Assembly: GCA_038736825.1 (NCBI GenBank)
Contig: JAVYME010000021.1
Coordinates: 1 to 23,199 of the forward strand
DNA length: 23,199 bases
Origin: Candidatus Iainarchaeum sp.
Lineage (GTDB): Archaea > Iainarchaeota > Iainarchaeia > Iainarchaeales > DTGL01
Direction of reading: 5' to 3'
Shown: positions 16,182 through 22,604 of the stretch, piece by piece
Position numbering within the stretch: the first letter of the stretch is position 1
Layout of the letters: each line of letters opens with the position of its first letter
Program-made: the position numbers and the translations under genes
Notes under the pieces: generated by a model
What the model was told of the DNA's origin: nothing
Databases searched by the model: none
Seen by the model: only the letters and a program-made list of their open reading frames with translations

Positions 16182-17198
16182 TTAATCCAAAAAGGCTCCA
16201 GCAACAATCAATGGAAAAACAAGAGTGGCATCCGCATACACTTTTATCATTCTGCCATCTGCCTTGATTTTGCCCCATGAAACCGCTTCATCAGGTCTTG
16301 CGCCACTGTCAGAACCGCCTTCCTCTGTTTCTGTGGTGACATAAACAGCGAAATCCGCGCCCTCTCTTAAAAGGTTTGCATTGCACACATGGTGCTTTAC
16401 AAATCCCCCGCCTAAAACAATTATTCCGCTTTTTTCAGCGTTTATTGCAAGCGCTCCAATTTTCACAATGTCATCACTGATGTCCAGCTTGAAATCAGGG
16501 TGCTTTTGTTTGAAGAAAAAAATGTTGTCACCGATTGCCCCGTCAGTGATTGGAGGGCAAAAGCAGGGAATATTGTTTTTTGCAGCCCAATAATAAATGG
16601 ATTTTTCGTCGTTCATTTCTTGCCCTAATTCCATAATAAACTCTGAGGTTGTAATGATTTTCCCTGTCTGTTTTTGTTTTTTGTAAAGTTTTTCCAAAAA
16701 CTTTTGCATGAAAGCCTCAAATTCTATGTACCGGTTGTTTGCAACCAAAATGTTTCCAATGCGATTAATGCCTTTTTTTCGCAAGCCTTTTCCTTCAATG
16801 CCAAAACTGCCGAGCACAAAGGGACCCATTGTTTTCATTATGTCTTCTTCTATTCCTCCAGCAGTGGTAACCAAAACATGCACCATTTTGTTTTTTGCAA
16901 GAAAGGCAATGAGTTCCCTCAAGCCAGAGCTCACCATGTTCGAGTTATAGGCTAAAAAAATCGTGGCTTTTTCTTTGCGCATTTCCTTTATGATGTCTAT
17001 GGCTATTGCGAGATGGCTTGCCTGAAAACCAGTTGTTTTATAGGATTCAAGGAATTTTTTGAAATCAAAGGGCTTTGAAAAATCAAAACCCTCTATTTTT
17101 ATGCCGTCAATTTCACTGGCAAGACCGTATTCTGCCATGTACGCTTTTTGAAGTTTTTCTTCACTCAAAGGGGAATCCATAAAAACACTGCTCGGCAA
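16182..17198 (-). CDS. dys: Deoxyhypusine synthase
   Basis: 338 aa. It has VTTAGGIEEDI, GINRIGNILV, PITDGAIGD, GGGFVKHH and GGSDSGARPDEAVSWGKIK (catalytic Lys motif). The TTG start at 17198 lies 3 nt after the aIF5A stop; ATG 17180 is an alternative. Confidence 0.92.
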   Translation of the reverse strand: MPSSVFMDSPLSEEKLQKAYMAEYGLASEIDGIKIEGFDFSKPFDFKKFLESYKTTGFQASHLAIAIDIIKEMRKEKATIFLAYNSNMVSSGLRELIAFLAKNKMVHVLVTTAGGIEEDIMKTMGPFVLGSFGIEGKGLRKKGINRIGNILVANNRYIEFEAFMQKFLEKLYKKQKQTGKIITTSEFIMELGQEMNDEKSIYYWAAKNNIPCFCPPITDGAIGDNIFFFKQKHPDFKLDISDDIVKIGALAINAEKSGIIVLGGGFVKHHVCNANLLREGADFAVYVTTETEEGGSDSGARPDEAVSWGKIKADGRMIKVYADATLVFPLIVAGAFLD

Positions 17199-17201
17199 TT
17201 T

Positions 17202-17591
17202 TCACTTTGTCCTTACAAGGGCGGCAAGATCGCCATAACGCAAGTATTCCACTTCATCGCCATTCTTTAAGTCAGGCAGGTCCTCTGGTTTTTTCACTGA
17301 AATCAATTCATAAGATTTCATGTCCATTATTTGAACTTGGTCATCTGTTATTGCCACAACCTGCGCATTGCTTCTCTGAACTATGGGCACTTCCACGTCA
17401 GTGCTGGCTGGACCCAAAAACTGTCTTTTTTTGTCATCAAACAAGCCAAAAGCGGTAATGCGGCATTTGGCTGCACCGTGCTTTCCAGGCTTGCTTTTCT
17501 CTATAGCCTTTATTTTGCAGGGCTCTCCGTCAATCAACATGTAATTGCCTTCCTTTAACTGGCCAGCTTGCTTGAAGATCTTTTCAACCAT
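17202..17591 (-). CDS. eif5a: Translation initiation factor 5A (aIF5A)
   Basis: ORF 17202-17645. I prefer ATG 17591, which is preceded by GGGGTGG. The hypusine-site motif SKPGKHGAAK is present (Lys37 codon at 17483-17481). The length of 129 aa is typical. Confidence 0.92.
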   Translation of the reverse strand: MVEKIFKQAGQLKEGNYMLIDGEPCKIKAIEKSKPGKHGAAKCRITAFGLFDDKKRQFLGPASTDVEVPIVQRSNAQVVAITDDQVQIMDMKSYELISVKKPEDLPDLKNGDEVEYLRYGDLAALVRTK

Positions 17592-17699
17592 GATTCCACC
17601 CCTTAAACAACCAAACAATGAAATGAAAGTGTGAAACGCAATCAATAAAAGAGTATGGCAAGGGTTTTTTATTTAATAGTTGCTTTTTTTTGGGATAAA

Positions 17700-18866
17700 A
17701 TGACTGGAAAATTTTTAGTGTTATCATTTCTGCTTTTCGCTTTATGTGTTGCAAGCGCAGCAAACATGGTTATTGCGCCTTCTGTGGCTTTGGAAGATGG
17801 CAACATAAATGTTGTCATATTTTATGGCAGGGAGTGCCCGCACTGTCATAAGGCTTTAACGCTTCTTGAAGAGCTTGCAGTGAAAAACCCTGCAATAAAA
17901 ATTGAAAAAATTGAAACCTGGCATTCACCAGAAAACTATCAATTGTTTAGGGAAACATTACAAAAATACGGTTATGATCCAAACCGCCCTGGAGTGCCAT
18001 TCATTATAATAGAAGACCAAATCATAGAAGGCTATAACCCTGAAAAAATAAGGGCTGCAATTGTTGCTTGCGGACTTTCTTTAGACCAAAACCAGCAATG
18101 TGTTGATGAAAACCTTCCCCAAACAGTCAACCTTTTGTTTTTTGGACCAATTGACATTAGGGGTTTTTCGCTTCCAATGCTTTCCATTGTGCTTGGCCTT
18201 GCTGATGGATTCAATCCATGTGCTATGTGGGTTTTAATATACCTTATATCGCTCATGGTGGTAACTGATGACAAGAAAAAAATATTGTTGTTGGCTGGCA
18301 CTTTTGTTTTTGCCTCTGGTGTTCTTTATTTTCTTTTTTTGACTGCATGGCTGAATCTTTTCCTTTTCATTGGTTTTTTGACTCCAGTGCAAATTGCAGT
18401 GGGCATTGTGGCATTAATCACTGGTGCAATGCACTTGAAAACGCATTTGTCTAAAAAAGAGGCAAAATGTGAAGTTACAACTGACAAGCAGAAAAGAAAA
18501 ATCATTGACCGCATAAATGCAATGTCCAAGCAAGCGATTGTGCCAGCCACTTTTCTTGGAATTGTTTTTCTTGCATTCACTGTAAACTTGATAGAATTTG
18601 TTTGCTCTGCAGGCATTCCAGCGGTTTTCACCAAAATCCTTGCAGCCAAAAACCTTTCCATGATAGAATATTATTTTTACATTCTCTTGTACGATTTGGC
18701 TTTCATGTTTGATGACCTTATTATTTTTGGAGGTGCTGCGCTTACATTGCAATACACTGATTTTTCACACAAATATGCTCGCATTGGCGGCATCATTGGC
18801 GGCATTCTCTTGATTGTTCTTGGCATAATTCTGATTTTCTTTCCAAGCGCTCTTGCAGCCATTTAG
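17700..18866 (+). CDS. Membrane thiol:disulfide oxidoreductase candidate: exported thioredoxin-fold domain (CPHC) fused to a DsbD/CcdA-like polytopic domain
   Basis: ORF 17655-18866. I prefer ATG 17700 because a TATA-like TTTTATTTAATA lies 12-25 nt upstream and MTGKFLVLSFLLFALCVASA is a signal peptide. FYGRECPHCHKA is a Trx/Grx-fold CxxC (17835-17846). The membrane part carries LGLADGFNPCAMW and EFVCSAGIP, single cysteines in separate helices as in DsbD-superfamily proteins. Confidence 0.68.
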   Translation: MTGKFLVLSFLLFALCVASAANMVIAPSVALEDGNINVVIFYGRECPHCHKALTLLEELAVKNPAIKIEKIETWHSPENYQLFRETLQKYGYDPNRPGVPFIIIEDQIIEGYNPEKIRAAIVACGLSLDQNQQCVDENLPQTVNLLFFGPIDIRGFSLPMLSIVLGLADGFNPCAMWVLIYLISLMVVTDDKKKILLLAGTFVFASGVLYFLFLTAWLNLFLFIGFLTPVQIAVGIVALITGAMHLKTHLSKKEAKCEVTTDKQKRKIIDRINAMSKQAIVPATFLGIVFLAFTVNLIEFVCSAGIPAVFTKILAAKNLSMIEYYFYILLYDLAFMFDDLIIFGGAALTLQYTDFSHKYARIGGIIGGILLIVLGIILIFFPSALAAI

Positions 18867-18940
18867 GCAGGATTTTAAAAACTTGCCATTAAAAAACAAT
18901 TTAATCTCAACACTGTTTTTTTTTGTAGGAGGTTTAAAAA

Positions 18941-19513
18941 ATGGTTGACTTGAAGGCGAACCCTGCGCCTTTGGGCTTGATGGGGTTTGGAATGACTACA
19001 ATATTGTTGAATTTGCATAATGCTGGATTGTTTGGCTTGGGTTCCATGATTTTGGGAATGGGCATATTTTATGGAGGCTTAGCCCAAATAATTGCTGGAA
19101 TAATGGAATTCAAGAATGGCAACACTTTTGGCACAGTTGCATTCACTTCCTATGGGCTTTTCTGGCTTTCACTTGTTGCCATTTGGGCAATTCCAAAATT
19201 TTCTTGGGGTACTTCTTTTGCAAACACGCCAGTCGCAATAGGCTTTTACTTGCTTTGCTGGGGTGTTTTCACTTTAATGATGTTTTTTGGCACTCTTAAA
19301 ACCAACAGGGTTTTGCAGTTTGTTTTCGCTTCACTTGCATTGCTTTTCTTTTTGCTTGCAATAGGCGATTTCACTGGAAACAAAGTGATAACCCAAATTG
19401 CGGGCATTGAAGGCATAATATGTGGTGCTTCTGCATTCTATCTTGCAATGGCGGAAGTTTTAAACCTTCAAGCAGGCAAAACTGTTTTGCCAGTGTTTCC
19501 AGTAAAAAAATAG
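18941..19513 (+). CDS. GPR1/FUN34/YaaH family acetate (short-chain carboxylate) channel
   Basis: 190 aa with six hydrophobic helices and the N-terminal family signature [29 protein letters not shown] lies 8 nt upstream of the ATG. Confidence 0.88.
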   Translation: MVDLKANPAPLGLMGFGMTTILLNLHNAGLFGLGSMILGMGIFYGGLAQIIAGIMEFKNGNTFGTVAFTSYGLFWLSLVAIWAIPKFSWGTSFANTPVAIGFYLLCWGVFTLMMFFGTLKTNRVLQFVFASLALLFFLLAIGDFTGNKVITQIAGIEGIICGASAFYLAMAEVLNLQAGKTVLPVFPVKK

Positions 19514-19561
19514 GAAAGACGGCTTGCCTTCCTTTCTATTTTTACTTTTTTTTCTTTTTTT
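19514..19561 (+). terminator. Imperfect hairpin plus oligo-T tract between convergent genes (candidate bidirectional terminator)
   Basis: GAAAG(19514-19518)/CTTTC(19532-36) and GGC/GCC pairings are followed by TATTTTTACTTTTTTTTCTTTTTTTT. On the minus strand the same tract encodes the poly-Lys end of the 196-aa ORF, and an A7 run at 19504-19510 gives a T-tract for the minus-strand gene. Confidence 0.3.
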
Positions 19562-20132
19562 CTAATCCGCCAAAGTCCAGCAAAAGCGCCACACACTTTT
19601 TTTCTTTTGAATCAAAAAAGGGTTCAAATTTGTCACGCCAAAAATTAGCAGTATAGCCTTCCCTTTCAAGAATCAGCGCTTGCCGCTCCATGTCCTCCAA
19701 GAACTGCGCTTTTTCTTTTTCTGACAATTCAGCCGTTTTCCTTAACCCTTGGCTTTGCCCATCCTTATGCCAGGAAAGCAACAGCCTTGGATTTTCATTT
19801 TTTCCCCTTAAAAGCCTTACTGTTGCCGGCAGCCTCAACCCAAGCCTTTTCTTTTTATTCAATTCAATTAATTCCCTTATAATTTCAAATTGTGGTTTAG
19901 GATGCCGCATGTTGGTGTAATAATCTCCAACTTCTCTTGCAAAAAATTCTTTTACTGCAAACCCCCTTGAGCGCTCGCGCTTTCCATTCCTGCTTTTGAC
20001 AGAAAAACGCACTCCATAAACATTGCCTTCAACCCCCCTGCCAAGAAAAACCTTTTCAGGCTCTTCAAAAACCCAAGTGCCCTTGTGATCCTTTTTTTCT
20101 GCAAAAACCCTTCTCCTTCCGCGAACAGGCAT
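19542..20132 (-). CDS. Small protein-kinase-like ORF that ends shortly after the DFG motif (function unknown)
   Basis: ORF 19542-20135; ATG at 20132. In order it has GRGVEGNV (GxGxxGxV), FAVK (AxK), an EIIRELIEL helix, WRDKFEPFF at the catalytic-loop position, and LLLDFGG 19 residues later, then GLEKKKKK and the stop. Confidence 0.6.
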   Translation of the reverse strand: MPVRGRRRVFAEKKDHKGTWVFEEPEKVFLGRGVEGNVYGVRFSVKSRNGKRERSRGFAVKEFFAREVGDYYTNMRHPKPQFEIIRELIELNKKKRLGLRLPATVRLLRGKNENPRLLLSWHKDGQSQGLRKTAELSEKEKAQFLEDMERQALILEREGYTANFWRDKFEPFFDSKEKKCVALLLDFGGLEKKKKK

Positions 20133-20166
20133 CAAAACACCAGAATAGAATTACTAGCATTTCATA

Positions 20167-21303
20167 TTAAATAGGTTGGCAAAAATCGCTGATTCTTGCC
20201 TGTCTTTCTTTTTCCAATTGCAGGAATGGCATTGCCTTTTGCAAAACCACTCCATATCGTTTCAAGTCTTTGAATTCTTGAAACCTTTCACCGTTTTGCT
20301 TTGCCAATTCAATTTTTTCCACTGTTTTCAAGCCAATGCCTGGCACTCTCAAGAGTTCTTCTTTTTTGGCATTGTTTGGGTTGACTGGAAACCTTTCAAG
20401 GGAATTCAATGCAATTGCAAGTTTTGGGTCTTTTTCAAGGGAAAGCATTCCCTTTTCATTCAATGCCATTTTTAATTCTTTTAATTTAAAACCATACACT
20501 CTTAAAAGCCAGTCTGACTGGTACAAGCGGTGTTCTCTTAATGGGTTTTCGCCTTTTTTGTTTTCCAGTCCAGTTCCTTTTACAGGCGAAAAAGCGGAAA
20601 AATAAGAGCGCCACAAAAAAGTTTTTTCATACAAGGAATTCATTTTTGATAAAACTTCCAAATCGGTTTCACCGGCTGCACCCAAAATGAATTGAGTGGT
20701 GAAACTTATGCGAAAGCCCTTTTTGCGCGCTACATTAATCCATTCCAGTCTTTTTTCCAAATCTTTAAAGTAATCCTTTGTTGAACCCAATTCTGAAAAG
20801 CGTTGTGCTGACGGCGCTTCAATGTTTAAGGAAAGCCTGTCAGCATATTTTGCCATTTCAAAAATTTTGTCTTTTGACATTCCAGGCAATACTTTTAAGT
20901 GAATGTATCCTTGAAAGCGCTTTTCCTGCCTTAAAATGCGCGCGCTTTCAATCATTTTTTCAGCAGTAGAATCAGCATTTCTTGTAACAGCGGAACTCAA
21001 AAAAAGCCCTTCCACAAAACCCTTTCTTGCAAGCAAAGAAAAAGACTCTGCAATCTCTTTGGGTTCAAGCTCCTTCTTTAAACCATTAGAAATAGAGTTA
21101 ACACAGTATTTGCAATCATGAATGCACTTGTTGGATTGCAACACCTTCATCAAGCGGCATTTTTCGCTTGTTGCAGCACAATCCTGAATGAAGGGCGAGA
21201 ACTCCAAGGGAATGCCTGCCTTCCTGAAACTCTTTTGCTTTACTCCACCGCAAGAATCCCATGAAGCAGCAATGCCAAGCACTTGCAATTTTTGCAACAA
21301 CAT
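20167..21303 (-). CDS. Radical SAM protein with a C-terminal helix-hairpin-helix domain ('putative DNA modification/repair radical SAM' family, TIGR03916-like)
   Basis: 378 aa. The N-terminal ASWDSCGG patch, the CIHDCKYC CxxxCxxC triad (21103-21126) and the C-terminal LLRVPGIGLKTVEKIELAKQNG (HhH) are present. A TATA-containing palindrome is centred 27 nt upstream of ATG 21303. Confidence 0.82.
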   Translation of the reverse strand: MLLQKLQVLGIAASWDSCGGVKQKSFRKAGIPLEFSPFIQDCAATSEKCRLMKVLQSNKCIHDCKYCVNSISNGLKKELEPKEIAESFSLLARKGFVEGLFLSSAVTRNADSTAEKMIESARILRQEKRFQGYIHLKVLPGMSKDKIFEMAKYADRLSLNIEAPSAQRFSELGSTKDYFKDLEKRLEWINVARKKGFRISFTTQFILGAAGETDLEVLSKMNSLYEKTFLWRSYFSAFSPVKGTGLENKKGENPLREHRLYQSDWLLRVYGFKLKELKMALNEKGMLSLEKDPKLAIALNSLERFPVNPNNAKKEELLRVPGIGLKTVEKIELAKQNGERFQEFKDLKRYGVVLQKAMPFLQLEKERQARISDFCQPI

Positions 21304-21321
21304 GAAAAAAATGTGGTTTTT

Positions 21322-21338
21322 GCGCTTTTAAAAAGCGC
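21322..21338. promoter_or_regulatory. 17-nt perfect palindrome GCGCTTTTAAAAAGCGC containing a TATA-like core (promoter and/or operator of the radical SAM gene)
   Basis: 8-nt arms GCGCTTTT/AAAAGCGC flank a single central A. It is centred at 21330, 27 nt upstream of ATG 21303 (minus strand), in the 108-nt divergent intergenic region. Confidence 0.4.
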
Positions 21339-21380
21339 GAGGGCTGGTTTCCGCTGAAAATCACATAATTGAAAAAAAAG

Positions 21381-21391
21381 TAATATATTTA
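21381..21391 (+). promoter_or_regulatory. TATA-box candidate for the GNAT-like gene
   Basis: TAATATATTTA is centred ~26 nt upstream of ATG 21412, with no Shine-Dalgarno site in between. This suggests a leaderless mRNA. Confidence 0.35.
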
Positions 21392-21411
21392 GGTAAGCAA
21401 ATTATTTGTTT

Positions 21412-22197
21412 ATGCCTCTTAGGTTGAGGGTTCCAAGGATTTTGCGCTTAAAACCTTGGATTGGAAGAAACAAGGTGGCAAAAAACCTGCCAGCAAATGC
21501 CTTTGAACTGGCATTGAGTGCAGCAGAGCTCTGCCGCTCGCAAAGCATTCTTGTCACTGAGCCTTCTTTGAGAAACGCAATAGCCGAACTGGCAAGAAAA
21601 AGAAAGGTTTCAATTGAAGCCCTGCCACATCTTGAAATAAGCGATGACCTGGTAAGGCGCCTGCAGCTTTTGAACCTTTATGCCAAGCAAAGAACGCCGG
21701 AAATGAGGAAAATCCACGGGCGCGTGAAAAAGGAAGACTTAAAGGCATGCCTTTCATTCCTAGAAAAATTCAAGGAAGACGGGTTTGCCTTCCTTGCTGG
21801 CACAAAATACGAAAGCAGCATAGGCATAATCGCCATCGATCCAAATGGAAACACTTTTGGGACAATCAAACTTAATTTTTTGGGCAAAAAAAGAAAAGTG
21901 CTCTGCATTGACGCAATCCAAGGCTCGCGAGGCAGAACAATGGCATTGTGGAAAACCAACACTGGACAAATCCCTTGGCCTAACCTGTTAGTCCAGCATG
22001 CAATAGAAACAGCAAGGCGCGCTGGCTTTTCAGAGGTTAGGCTGCTTAAGCCACAAGCAAATCCTTGGTGCAAGGATTATTATAATAAAAAAAACACAAA
22101 AGTAACTGTTTCAATGGAAAGGCTTTATTACTCTGTGGCAAAAAAGGAAGGCTTTAGGAAAGCAAAGGGAAAATTCTTTGTTCTCTATCTAACCTAA
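21412..22197 (+). CDS. Hypothetical protein with a GNAT-like (acyl-CoA N-acyltransferase) C-terminal half
   Basis: ORF 21406-22197; ATG at 21412. The C-terminal VLCIDAIQGSRGRT...WPNLLVQHAIETARRAGFSEVRLL..QANPW...RLYYSVAKKEGFRK follows the GNAT beta4-alphaA-beta5-alphaB pattern. I do not recognise the N-terminal ~130 aa, which is helical and Arg/Lys-rich. Confidence 0.55.
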   Translation: MPLRLRVPRILRLKPWIGRNKVAKNLPANAFELALSAAELCRSQSILVTEPSLRNAIAELARKRKVSIEALPHLEISDDLVRRLQLLNLYAKQRTPEMRKIHGRVKKEDLKACLSFLEKFKEDGFAFLAGTKYESSIGIIAIDPNGNTFGTIKLNFLGKKRKVLCIDAIQGSRGRTMALWKTNTGQIPWPNLLVQHAIETARRAGFSEVRLLKPQANPWCKDYYNKKNTKVTVSMERLYYSVAKKEGFRKAKGKFFVLYLT

Positions 22198-22340
22198 AGC
22201 TCTGCAACAAAAAAGGCATGGCAATCCTGTTTTTGCTCCACTCTTTTGGTTCCAACAAAGTTTTAGCAAATGTCGCAATCCCAAAAAAAAGCCAATTTTC
22301 CATTAAAAAAAAGGCAAACCAAAAAAAATAATGCTAAGCA

Positions 22341-22348
22341 CTTTTTAA
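22341..22348 (+). promoter_or_regulatory. TATA-like box upstream of tRNA-Arg
   Basis: CTTTTTAA lies 28-35 nt upstream of tRNA position 1 (22376). Confidence 0.3.
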
Positions 22349-22375
22349 CCCTTTGCAACTCCTTTTTCTTTCAAT

Positions 22376-22447
22376 GCCCCCATAGTATAGTGGATAGCAC
22401 GCCGGCTTCCGGAGCCGGAAACCAGGGTTCAAATCCCTGTGGGGGCA
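22376..22447 (+). tRNA. tRNA-Arg (anticodon CCG), 72 nt, no encoded CCA, no intron
   Basis: I folded the cloverleaf manually. The acceptor stem GCCCCCA/TGGGGGC has 7 bp, plus discriminator A. The anticodon stem is CCGGC/GCCGG with loop TTCCGGA (anticodon CCG). The variable loop is AAAC. The T arm is CAGGG-TTCAAAT-CCCTG. The D arm is GTAT-AGTGGATA-GCAC with one A12-C23 mismatch. Confidence 0.9.
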
Positions 22448-22463
22448 ATCTTGTTTTTATTAA

Positions 22464-22583
22464 ACAATTTACAATCAGATTGTATCAGAACAGCCAGCAA
22501 TACTAACAACAATAATAGCGCTCACAGTGATTGCCATAACAAACAGGAAAAAGAAATGGTTTGCCAGGAACCTTTTTAAATAA
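22464..22583 (+). pseudogene. Orphan remnant of a surface-protein C-terminal anchor, paralogous to the 3' end of the 1492-3204 gene
   Basis: A 40-codon open frame with no start codon, closed upstream by TAA at 22461-22463, encodes ...SEQPAILTTIIALTVIAITNRKKKWFARNLFK*. Nucleotides 22494-22522 match 3133-3161 at 28 of 29 positions. Over 68 nt (22486-22553 versus 3125-3192) about 78% match, with no gaps (manual alignment). Confidence 0.45.
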
Positions 22584-22604
22584 GAAAAGCGTTATTTGGA
22601 ATAG

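Noticed and set aside
19620-19629. 10-nt identity (GGGTTCAAAT) between the tRNA-Arg T-arm and a site inside the kinase-like ORF, considered as an att-like direct repeat bounding an integrated element (19.6-22.4 kb)
   Set aside because: A 10-mer match between any part of a 72-nt tRNA and a 23-kb window (both strands) is expected by chance at about order one. The match does not extend, lies inside a coding region, and no integrase is present.
22270-22506. 78-aa plus-strand ORF in the track (MSQSQKKANFPLKKRQTKKNN...)
   Set aside because: It runs straight through the tRNA-Arg gene (22376-22447) and consists of low-complexity poly-A-derived Lys/Asn codons. The tRNA and its flanks explain it better.
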